Below, piece after piece: positions 30,101 to 34,152 of a stretch of 34,152 nt of DNA. Positions within the stretch are counted from its first letter, which is position 1, and each line of letters begins with the position of its first letter. Origin of the DNA: Nitrospirota bacterium. Lineage in GTDB: Bacteria > Nitrospirota > UBA9217. The position numbers and the translations under genes were made by a program. The stretch spans positions 1 to 34,152 of the forward strand of contig JAOUEV010000038.1 in the NCBI GenBank assembly GCA_029858565.1. The letters run 5' to 3'. The notes under the pieces are model-generated. The model ran no database searches and was not told the DNA's origin. It worked only from the letters and a program-made list of their open reading frames with translations.

Positions 30101-32602
30101 CGCGAGCGGCAGGTTCGCGCCTGCCTTGTTCGCCCGCCAGGTGACTTCGCGGGTGATTGATCCGCCCGCGGGAAGCGTATCGATCGTCAGGGTGGCGATG
30201 TCGGCCGGCGTTGCGGGATCGTCGATAAAGAACTTGAGCTGCACGTTATACCCGGTCGTGGTCCCCTTGTTCCTGACTGTTGCCGTGATCTTCATGTCCT
30301 GGAACTGGTCGACTGTTGCCGGGGAAACCGTCACCTCCGCGGCAAGGACCTCGAATTCGTAGGTCGCCTCGGCCTGGAGGGTCCGCGATGCGCTATTGTT
30401 TCCCTCGTTCGGCTCTTTCACCGCATTGTCCGGGTCCACGACCACGGTGTACCGGCGCTCGCTGCCGTCCTTGACTTCGGACGGGAAGGTGACAACCGTG
30501 GCGCTCTGGCCCGGGAAGGTCAGGGTCTGTTCGCCGATGATTTTTCCCGATGACGGATCGCCATCGTACAGGACAACTTTGGCAGTTGCAGCGGTCCTGC
30601 CGATGTTCTCGACAGAGGCATTGATCACCACCGGCGACGGTAGGCTCCGGAGCTGCGCGGGAATGAAGGTGATGTCCGCGGACTTGATTGACAGGTCGGG
30701 ATCAACCAGCGCCTTCAGCATCGCCGCCGCGGCAAGACTGGTCTCGAACACACTCTGATTCCAGCTCCCGTTCTTGTCTTGGCGGGAGACGATGTATTGA
30801 AGCGCATTGGCTGTCGCGGTCCCGGCAGCGTTGCCGTCGAAGAGCGCCAGCATCGCGACCGCAGTGTCGTAGACCGTGCTCGGGCTGTTGCCGAAACCTC
30901 CGTCAATGTTCTGCTTCGACAGGAGCCAGGCAACGGCCTTTGCGATGGCGTCGTCCAGTTGGTAGGCCGTCCGGAATTTGCCGAAGGCGGACAGCACGTT
31001 CGCTGTTGCCTGGATTGTGCTCTCGCCGTTCCCGGTCCAGCCGCCGTCCTGCTTCTGCTTGCCCTTAAGATACTGAATCGCCTGAGCTATGACCTGCTGG
31101 TCACCGGAACCAGCTGTTGCCAGCGCTTTTAATGCCAGACCTGTGTCAGCTGCATTGCTTCCATAAGTCCGGTCGCTCCCCCAGCCGTTGTCGCTGTTTT
31201 TTCGGGAGAGCAGTTCCTGTACCAGGCCGGAAACATCCTGGCCAGCTGCAACACCGGCCTCGATCCGCCTGCACAAAAAGTCCGTATTCGCGCTCTGCGT
31301 CGCGGCCATCCAGGTCTGGCCTGCCTGGACTGCTGCCTGGGCCGCGGGAAATCCCTGCAGCACGCTGACTGCCGCTGCCGTGTCCCGCTCGGAAGTCTGG
31401 ACCAGGTCGCGCCAGGATCCGTCCTGCTGCTGGGCCGCGATCAGCCAGGCGATCGCGTCGTCGATGTTCGCCGGCGTGGAGCGCGGCGTTATCGGCGGAG
31501 GCAGGATGCCGGGATTCGTCGGTACGTCGTCCTTGGGCAATGCCGCTGCTTCCACGATGCTCGCGCCGTCGGTCAGGATCGAGTGGCGCGTCACGAAACC
31601 GTTCCGGATGTTCTCGATGGCGTAGATGTCCTGGGGCGCGAAGGTTCCCGGCCGGACCAGGTAGAGAAATGCCGTCTTGAAAGTCTTGGGAGACGTCGTT
31701 GTATCAGGTACGCGCGGTCCCATGGCCGCGATGATGTCGTCGATGGTCACGTTCCTGGCCGTGCCAATCACGGTCACGCCTGATTCAGGCAAGCGTGCCG
31801 GGTCGATGCCCGGGCTCTCGATCAGCAGCATGGACGGTACTTTCGACTTGTCGATCAAGCCCGCCAGATAAAGATCGAGCGGGCTGTAGTACTTCATCTG
31901 GTTCTGAGGCGTAGTCGACGTGAACGTCCCGTTCCCGTTGTCCTGCCACTGGTTGCCGTACATCACCGATCCGCGGGAGTCGAGCAGGAAGCTCCAGTGG
32001 TCCTTGTCCTTGCCCAGCAGCGACTGGCTGATGCTCCCGTCGGCGCTCTTGAACGTTCCTTTCGCTCCCCACCGGTGCATCAGCTCGTGCGACAGAACAT
32101 AGAGCGTTTCGTTGAAATTGGGATCCAGCGGATCGGATGCGAGCGCAGTCAGGTCTCCCATGTCGATCGTGCCCTGGAGCCTGCTGTTGCTGCCGAAGGC
32201 CGCGCTGTTGTCGAACAAATCCTTCCCGATACCGTGCGTATCGTTCCTGACGCCGAGATAAAAAGCCTTTGCCGCGCCCTCGGACGGCATGGTGTAGTCG
32301 AAGTTCGTGAAGAAAACCAGGAAGTCGTACTCGTCCCTGTGGGTCTTGAAGAACTCCTTTACCACCGCCTCCCGCGCCGCGCTGTTCACCGACCCGTCGG
32401 GGTTCTTCGCGTCGAACCCGCCGGAGATCTCCAGGACCGAGACGTTGCCGTAGTCGGCGAGGTTCGATACGGCGATCTCGGCGGCAGCGACATTCGCCGA
32501 ATTCAAACAAAAGCAGAAGAGAAACATAAGAAACAAAATCAGCTTATCCACGAAGGACACGAAGTGTATTCGTGAGTTTGCAATCCAATTTTTCTGCACC
32601 AT
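15113..32602 (-). CDS. Giant secreted multidomain protein (~5,829 aa): Zn-metallopeptidase, prenyltransferase/squalene-cyclase-type barrel, CARDB, FlgD-Ig, PD40 propellers, FN3, F5/8C discoidin, Ig-like repeats
   Basis: Uninterrupted ORF; ATG 32602 with GGAGG RBS; signal peptide ending VAAA. HELMH at 32089-32075. Five QxxDGxW-like repeats (~31460-30720). CARDB D...E..E.NN motifs. Four SPN.DG..D/E...W.G FlgD-like modules. WSPDG blades, FN3 Y..YR...Y.VTAVD and six EYRID.G.W repeats. Confidence 0.93.
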   Translation of the reverse strand: MVQKNWIANSRIHFVSFVDKLILFLMFLFCFCLNSANVAAAEIAVSNLADYGNVSVLEISGGFDAKNPDGSVNSAAREAVVKEFFKTHRDEYDFLVFFTNFDYTMPSEGAAKAFYLGVRNDTHGIGKDLFDNSAAFGSNSRLQGTIDMGDLTALASDPLDPNFNETLYVLSHELMHRWGAKGTFKSADGSISQSLLGKDKDHWSFLLDSRGSVMYGNQWQDNGNGTFTSTTPQNQMKYYSPLDLYLAGLIDKSKVPSMLLIESPGIDPARLPESGVTVIGTARNVTIDDIIAAMGPRVPDTTTSPKTFKTAFLYLVRPGTFAPQDIYAIENIRNGFVTRHSILTDGASIVEAAALPKDDVPTNPGILPPPITPRSTPANIDDAIAWLIAAQQQDGSWRDLVQTSERDTAAAVSVLQGFPAAQAAVQAGQTWMAATQSANTDFLCRRIEAGVAAGQDVSGLVQELLSRKNSDNGWGSDRTYGSNAADTGLALKALATAGSGDQQVIAQAIQYLKGKQKQDGGWTGNGESTIQATANVLSAFGKFRTAYQLDDAIAKAVAWLLSKQNIDGGFGNSPSTVYDTAVAMLALFDGNAAGTATANALQYIVSRQDKNGSWNQSVFETSLAAAAMLKALVDPDLSIKSADITFIPAQLRSLPSPVVINASVENIGRTAATAKVVLYDGDPSSGKIIGEQTLTFPGQSATVVTFPSEVKDGSERRYTVVVDPDNAVKEPNEGNNSASRTLQAEATYEFEVLAAEVTVSPATVDQFQDMKITATVRNKGTTTGYNVQLKFFIDDPATPADIATLTIDTLPAGGSITREVTWRANKAGANLPLAVQADPLGNFAEVSEENNKASVPVTVNAVVYTDPNITISYKDIAVTPSPVNQGGTARLSAVVKNEGVAAANDITVTFHRGVPGDDGLLLNSTVIQQLAPNESATVTAEWADIQESGEKIIFVQADYAGAEIRKDDNSAFVTLDVLSYPDVSITSDLIEFQPAAPKEGDNVDIIATLFNSGGQDAVNVPVAAYDGEALIAETVVDRVPGKNERIIRIAFDTSGRTGSRNIVIIVNPAQDPAIEVDASNNRASRPLSVFDGTHWLSTTYLSPNNDGVQDNAKLFYRFDQPATVRAEVVDAEGAAVRSFEASGTPQSEGSFSWDGKQDNGTVADDGEYRFRILDSAGNVLKSASVVVDTNRSFLLEAAASGYLQFDELSKRVPSDDTRLSWLPDESGILLCYIYNESNPDKLLNYGVSSGLYMMSPDGMEMQRIVPLEWSAENDPVYRYYYDYSISPTSDRIAVYVLKRNKDWRKSYDSSEQLMLMNPDGSGMAVVDAGATFYLWNFLNNSAKGWSPDGQYILYETYDGYQRYLWAVRSDGTGKSLVVSTTGYIDFFNWSTDGRKLLYATYKPRNNGYSTTYALNIADMSGGRREIAKIDDLMQVAWALNNTRLLVEYDLCGPVSCSQHVVSVDAESGGTIKELATGTTGDYVNLYPAPEGRSFMITRDRGYRKPMPLEVYDIDGGQIVQYEDSDIYDVRWSTDGTKIIYLAEKLRDNENVADVMVVDIAKAAVNKVFTRYWGWVDAVWLEDDETLLYSDLYNQCYVNVRTEKAGPLTFDARPSNWEYFRGVAPAGRHMTYVYLNGVYDRRVGVISSFLNLPVELRATREKSDVLLTGTAEDRNFAGYSIEYADAAHPEKWNLIAPPKEAPVRNGTFGKWVPPAPGTYKVRLTGWDKAGNRAESIKSVSWGQFSSISDIYQSVDTISPNGDGVRESVDVHYRVNEPVNLDFTIYDDNNDPVNSIEMNHLETGSYVVSWDGRDGSGSVVPDGRYRIKVLNSELYVTVDTTPPDVRVVPGTIYQKKDGEVLQGLAFDVNAHARDEGIKEWVVSRGAGEDPREWIEIASGSGSLGSAVPESGQAAGGTQDSVARSFGQDEVTGLAGNKFRITGEDGAGNRSAFISGFVPEQIVFHAWDDSPIDIAPAEGQPAPVLSGPFGVHSLRIAETIRRSLSRLVVQYEQTGIWTDGRTIESPADGDVLVQWDNSLLSSDIDHLVRVKAVDDGGNEYFSNAGVLRHAETFELSLICDAVKKLVITNGLNSPLQMLKVERAPAAQKTVWSDFAVFDANRGDAIPGRGFILDDAGGQIKNGDLLRMTGTTVAGTVRQSNIVDGYCDVKLELMFTPRLEGCNTPVRTVTVAAKVTEGQWLIGAAPETALDITIFMKDGTTKVHHADGAEVFAGLGGSMDLDIGNLIEGGYAVDAALTYLNPSDNSIKTVRDHQTLTVDHSVPQVSLLSPAADQKACPVRMGDRFGIPLQALVHDNFPVVGKRQMSTALSYTPCEILGSIECTAKDSSGDIVKHGTIDGMLATWDVTNKRGSNYLLKMKTTDPMGNTGCLDAPVQLDTVPPKLAIEMPTGILSPNGDGRNDDLAIPFSLDEFAHINIDIFRKGDASGSLVRSISSNEATGGGTMLWNGWDDADRVVADGSYELHVTVTDACANGTNTTLFADVDTTPPAALITYPTPSTVVGNIIEVRGTADDAHFSHYQLDAGMGEAPKSWTLIATKTAPVRNDVLGVWKTTDGEGLWTLRLIVFDAAGNQTESRVLVDLRNGMRYAVISDYAIFPRLFSPNGDGTSDASTVSWTLVNAARVHLAIRAANGAAIRTYDTVAAAAGTFTFAWDGRNDGGAAVADGVYRAAIAATLLNDETVSQTEDLSLVVDATLPVVNILSPGDGYGTEEDIVVSGTIEDLNLAEYTVLVSGPSGSAIIARGSVSRSEAIFGALAQVENGEYKIQATASDGAGNQTVRTALYSVDRTAPEVKITGPKEGDHFGSARSVIAVDGAITDQNLEGYVVRYGSGDAPASWTDLFSGEGAPAAPRFAEWHVGAQDAVPDGLYTLSLVAKDKAGTTSEAKVRVVIDNTVPEAIITVPKEGDRITSPPDVRGSARDANLEDYILDLAEGRCPDALKWVVLKSGSAPVQNDVLAAWKALPPDGEYCLRLTVSDTAGNKAESTVGVLVDARPPEAPALSGWLKDRKTTAFAWPLIRNQDVVGYNLYRNGVKVNSEPIMEPPYSDYDLTGGVYTYTLKAVGSSTAESAASNEVTLTIDLTGPDARISAPADGTSVHGVVDVKGTAFSRKDFKQYRLATARSETPDQWTSLRLSPVSVSAGLLGAWDTAGVADGSYLIRLEAEDISGNVTEWRVTVTVDNTAPPAPILVSAIASGLTTTLFWQPSANTTDLAGYLVYRNDQLANAGVDLPVDIKPYLVAGTGYADSALPDGSHAYAVVAVDMAGNSSMPSNSLQVMIDEREPKATIVEPLHLARFESALSIEAETPDFDVASVLFQYKTVNGTWTDIGASVTLRPYTTIFDPAAIGLPYGDYYIQAVATDRSGKWDHAPIPVMIRYADLTPPVRPNGLLARTNGSQVTLTWSRTEESDLDGYYLYRTSNGSRVRISGGSMQKETTIYLDKNVPDGIYAYELTAVDLFSNESAPSQSAIARVYAPVIAQPESPVTDDPVLLLGSNAEPNTSVGIYADPSEGSAPLAVVDADGEGGFSADITLHDGMNTIVAQAVDVAGNASRWSVPVTVLYNEPPSAPADLQAAVSGNTVTLAWTANPEADVSGYNLYRNGRKANPETAVTEGEVNVSSINWDYYYWGVDVSGPLAFDGNSDTFWMSDYSWWDFTPQWLSITLPETKMIKGISVDWLDANTAAAAFKVQFFTGDAWVTAATVTGNQLTRNTISLSPPVSTAQIRLYITELAYPYADGIVSISEIRLTEAKLIDIPSFQDVALDDGVYQYSVTAVDGYGAESMPSQSVSAEVGDVVPPGQPQGLLAVPDGTRVLLTWVPNTEPDVATYRVFRSGPSGWILLGATPATDRTYRDTDLANGNYRYRITAVDAKNNESAPSEEATATVAVPLPDAPAGLHIQSLPEGGSLRIEWNPTPQAKYALYRGLQTGGPYERVNRAELTSTLYEDSGLTNGVEYFYVVTSVDGVGNESPYSDEASAVVVDTIAPSTPGIFFPARPGAPAQASRARIAITGIGEPGTTVHLYRNGSPAGETPALPSDEVTSYALEGIDESPALSPDGAILAYAKDGALWFKTLATGAEERAIEGAFHPVWSPDGTQIAYSFYEGYSGNERIAIMPLDSRDAAPVNTGASRQEYGAQWTADGAKVCVLSVAGNTMSVMLKDLTTGSLKSLLSASDLYDDRISPDGKYLAYVRWAGLQLLNVETMQSKSIDPDGGWDSFTWSPDGKRLTYTSYASGSSEVMIYDLSTGASASAGIADNAFRPSWSASGDELLYMVYNSAKGGYFLRIAGLAASRTARDLLGPLSSIGKIETSANGTILAVISRTVKLVDLAGSFEFASVALLDGSNEFNAACADKAGNESDRSASVAINFDAALTPDAAVVDEDILLLPAASIAGEQVAVSVPVRNPSGSPIEDVSVDLYLWNGAGNLEHLLSMLIPEIAPGSEEWVNVPWDSSGKAGQNRLVVVVDADDLIAERDESNNVAIHDFTVTDREGVALEVGADSLRYASDSPVAINASLWNSGRPTTAALETRIEDADGYPVVLFTAESVSVGYAEPLRRGYAWNTGTTLAGRYRVKAELKEGTVVLASSSADFTILPDVNIQASVTTNKAEYGPAEAVTGAVTIRNSGKNFIISAIRAVVNYLDAHGTALSTTEHNASNILPGTAVSFSAAWNTSTFPAGTYSVSVQVFQDGQPEAAASASFGIRPVPVITGSIKTAQPVTAFGSDATITYSLLNSGNADASGVAARLVLVDPETNAVLRTHEQTADLPRSAERSGTWIVSTAGLDFKSYTVLLQRTGPEGNGTLASASFAVKDMIAPVVTAVLPAANGSYRGTVAIEAAASDSGTGIDRVEYRIDSGVWRLLPPADPIRGKFAATWEPGITDNGAHAIAFRAFDKAGNSATTPLVAFEVQMDSTPPVTTAIIGTPKHEAGGSVFLAPSTAITLSAIDDISGVAGTEYRLDSGQYVAYTSPFTLSSEGTHTLGYRSRDNIGNLEQERVLSLVVDAAAPAIQLVVGEPVFIAADGTRYAKNSSPVTITATDAGSGVAAVSYRIDDGAWQEYAGAFKISEPGSHRIVAQASDRLGNGATIGPEAVIIDNMPPLSELSVGTPKYTAGDGSLYGSSSSVVTVSATDDLSGVALTEYRIDNGAWSRYSAFTVSTEGTHTISYRSRDQVTNLEADKSLALIIDNTAPKTTAAVSGSEYSAADGKLFVAGGSEIIFEATDASSGVARSEYRIDEKSWERYAGPVLLATEGTHSIGYRSIDNVENTEKDGSFVLTVDATPPVTTISATEPLLEGQVNAVSPSIFFTLSAADNLSGLRVTSYRIDDGAWQTYTGSFSLKDGLSGVHTVLFKSVDNVQNEETEQAITVNLVTMTISKKIAADPVVLVWFDGREKGDDSDCEDERGGHDDDDRENKGCADIKKDAACKREDNRDDEGRDRRELSSLDVLSNLLSSAGINYSIAKDEDDFAMKYRSGRYNTYMLVDVKEPFVGREIRDAVHYGDGLIFIKARHEVDPVLDELYGVKFTGRTTAENLTVSLLDSPLSTESALESSGKHVVAEVIDPNATVFATVLDKQTAYPSIVAREYGRGKVLLYTFNLPESPDQAKAAALLINSINYVRPAEFYPRPLGIVPIRISVNNSTEPVDIQIREFLPMGVSVDAIRPATPLIDDILTWEKSLQASETGTFRYSLRVDDRAADYLTRTEAWYRNGGEYRFYDRLDLMVKVEKSSGTLLRDVLYDLNTTTAAGKEDALAIFKALDDLRSVNESAGDRKTAEQNIIAILNAIDEVKKSTPAKWRIRLQLDELLKVWGRKWFELSE
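32544..32564. repeat. Half-copy of the GxxExxY-flanking palindrome inside the giant gene's signal-peptide codons
   Basis: TTATCCACGAAGGACACGAAG is the exact reverse complement of 33261-33281. Confidence 0.8.
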
Positions 32603-32709
32603 TTGAGCCTCCGGAGATTGCTGCAATCCTTGATTTAGGGTGTTCATCCAAGAAGAACGGCCAGGATCTGCCTTATCGCCTAACTTTCGAGAGCAATGCC
32701 TGTTCATTT

Positions 32710-32796
32710 TTATCCACGAAGTACACGAAGAAATGCCAAAACTGCCTTGCCATCTTTACACTTCGTGCTCCTTCATGTCCTTCGTGGATAACGATT
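32710..32796. repeat. ~87-bp palindromic repeat, copy A (downstream of GxxExxY gene)
   Basis: ttatccacgaagtacacgaagaaatgccaaaactgccttgcc...cttcgtg...ttcgtggataacgatt; the arms TTATCCACGAA/TTCGTGGATAA are complementary. Confidence 0.85.
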
Positions 32797-32800
32797 CTGC

Positions 32801-33187
32801 TCATAAGACGAATTTCTCCCACTCCAGCTTTCCCGCGCTTCCGAAGTTAACCAACAGCCCGACTTTAATCCCCGTAGCCTTGAGATAATTGATGATTTGC
32901 GCCCTTTCGCCGTTTATCAGTTTATCCAGCGCCTTAATCTCCACAATGATGCCGTCGAAACAAACCAGGTCTGCAACGTATTCCTTCTTGAGCGGACTGC
33001 CTTTATAGTCGATTTGCAGCAAAACCTGCGAATTCCAGGGAATACCCGCTGCCTTCAACTCAATCTCGAATGCTTCGTGATACACCGCCTCGAGAAAACC
33101 GGGGCCAAGTGTCTTGTGTACTTCAATCGCCGCGCCGATGATCCTGTAGACTTCCTTTTTCATGAAAATCTCGACGTTCATCGCCAT
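32801..33187 (-). CDS. GxxExxY protein (PD-(D/E)XK nuclease-fold family)
   Basis: IIGAAIEVHKTLGPGFLEAVY, ADLVCFDGIIVEIKA and AQIINYLKATGIKVGLLVNFG; ATG 33187 after AAGGA. Confidence 0.95.
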   Translation of the reverse strand: MAMNVEIFMKKEVYRIIGAAIEVHKTLGPGFLEAVYHEAFEIELKAAGIPWNSQVLLQIDYKGSPLKKEYVADLVCFDGIIVEIKALDKLINGERAQIINYLKATGIKVGLLVNFGSAGKLEWEKFVL

Positions 33188-33200
33188 CAAAAGTCCTTTT

Positions 33201-33286
33201 TTATCCGCGAAATTCACGAAGAAATGCCAAGAACTGCCTTGCCGCCTTTCCTTCGTGCCACTTCGTGTCCTTCGTGGATAACGATT
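33201..33286. repeat. ~86-bp palindromic repeat, copy B (upstream of GxxExxY gene)
   Basis: ttatccgcgaaattcacgaagaaatgccaagaactgccttgcc...cttcgtgtccttcgtggataacgatt; a direct repeat of copy A. Confidence 0.85.
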
Positions 33287-33350
33287 TGTCTTTTTGATCT
33301 TTTCGAAGCATCGTAATGCGACTTACGATTTCATCACTTGCACTGCTTTT

Positions 33351-33383
33351 ACTGAGAACCGCGTACTACGTACCGCGAACTAT
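33351..33383. repeat. Short GAACCGN-type heptamer array
   Basis: actga-gaaccgc-gtactac-gtaccgc-gaactat. Confidence 0.6.
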
Positions 33384-33385
33384 TT

Positions 33386-33754
33386 TTACTTCCCCGGCGC
33401 CAGCAGCATCGGCTTCGGATCTGCGACTTTCTTAATCCGCTCAACCGTCTGCGTCCCCCGCTCCACCCGGATGATCACCGTCTCCACGTCCTTCCCCGCG
33501 CCTTCCTCGATCACCACCCGGCCCTCGGCGATCTCGGTCACCTTCCCGTCTTTCCCAACCTTCTCGCCCACACGCACGAGCTTTGCCGGGCCGTTGTCTA
33601 TCCGCATCACCGCGGCATGATCTTGAGGAGATATTTTGAGAACATGGAACTGCTGCTGGTGCTCATTCCCCGCATGGGAAACGGCTACAAGAAGTCCAAA
33701 AATCGCAACAATGATGAAAGTGGTCCTTACAGTCTTCTCAATCTTACGTGGCAC
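33386..33754 (-). CDS. Exported protein with PilP/GspC-HR-like beta domain, 122 aa
   Basis: Signal peptide ending SHA. AVMRIDNGPAKLVRVGEKVGKDGKVTEIAEGRVVIEE resembles the PilP core (V..G..IG..G.V..I....V.I.E). GTG start with GAGGA. Confidence 0.65.
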   Translation of the reverse strand: MPRKIEKTVRTTFIIVAIFGLLVAVSHAGNEHQQQFHVLKISPQDHAAVMRIDNGPAKLVRVGEKVGKDGKVTEIAEGRVVIEEGAGKDVETVIIRVERGTQTVERIKKVADPKPMLLAPGK

Positions 33755-33812
33755 GCCGCTATCCTCACTTAATGTCGCGTTCGACCGTTTAGATCGATTT
33801 GCTTTGATTCAC

Positions 33813-33946
33813 GAACAGAGAACTGGAAACCGCGAACTGTGCACCGTGAACTGCTCTATATACCGCGAACCGAGAACTGCGCACTGGGAACCGGTTTTTA
33901 CTGCGAACCGTGAACCGAGTACCGTGAACCGAGTACCGTGAACCAT
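33813..33946. repeat. Degenerate tandem heptamer array (GAACCGN consensus)
   Basis: gaacaga-gaactgg-aaaccgc-gaactgt-gcaccgt-gaactgc ... gaaccga-gaactgc-gcactgg-gaaccgg ... gaaccgt-gaaccga-gtaccgt-gaaccga-gtaccgt-gaaccat, in three blocks. Confidence 0.85.
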
Positions 33947-33948
33947 CC

Positions 33949-34152
33949 TTAAAGGTTTATAGCTTTATCCTTATTCACCGCCCACCAGTCCTTGTATTCC
34001 TTGAGCTTCGTCTTGATGCCCGTGCCATTGTTAGTGTCTAGATAGACCGCAAGAAGGTTTTTCTCGTCAACGGCTTCCGTACGATAGTACTTCTCCCGGT
34101 AATCCAAGAAGATATTCATGCTTTTGACGGCCTGCTGATAAACCTCTTTATC
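33949..34152 (-). CDS. C-terminal fragment of a hypothetical protein (5'-truncated by window edge)
   Basis: Open frame DKEVYQQAVKSMNIFLDYREKYY...KLKEYKDWWAVNKDKAINL* ends in TAA at 33949-33951. Confidence 0.7.
   Translation of the reverse strand, partial: DKEVYQQAVKSMNIFLDYREKYYRTEAVDEKNLLAVYLDTNNGTGIKTKLKEYKDWWAVNKDKAINL

Noticed and set aside
30715-31470. Squalene-hopene cyclase or alpha-2-macroglobulin thioester call
   Set aside because: No DxDD or CGEQ motif, and only a single barrel in an exported protein.
15222-32575. Dozens of short ORFs overlapping the giant gene
   Set aside because: Alternate-frame or antisense artefacts within a coherent 17.5-kb CDS.
32603-32707. 35-aa extension of the giant ORF
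   Set aside because: The GGAGG RBS and signal peptide support ATG 32602.
33813-33946. CRISPR array
   Set aside because: 7-nt degenerate units without unique spacers, and no cas genes.

Overview
GC-rich bacterial DNA with nearly all genes on the minus strand. The gene and repeat style suggests Nitrospirota or Desulfobacterota, but that is only an inference. There are four blocks. (1) 1-8400: a six-gene or longer cell-envelope operon (small lipoprotein, 856-aa lipoprotein with CsgG/FlgT-like, PEGA and TPR modules, TolB-like propeller, TPR protein, peptide-type ABC binding protein, permease). It follows a sigma70-type promoter and a complete GEMM-I riboswitch whose A20 predicts 3',3'-cGAMP rather than c-di-GMP sensing, with an ON-type terminator platform. 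(2) 8414-9799: a decayed IS1202/IS481-like element. (3) 9857-14846: small accessory genes (RseC, TSUP, TfoX, SspB-like, hypotheticals, an unannotated 30-aa membrane protein), with a duplicated 38-bp palindrome and a putative structured RNA. (4) 15113-34152: a ~5,830-aa secreted mosaic protein (HExxH metallopeptidase, prenyltransferase-type barrel, CARDB/FlgD/FN3/Ig stalk, two beta-propellers, discoidin). Upstream of it lie a GxxExxY gene between palindromic direct repeats, a PilP-like gene and heptamer arrays. The best novel-system candidates are the predicted cGAMP-activated envelope/ABC operon and the giant protein locus. All domain calls come from motif recognition by eye, not database searches.
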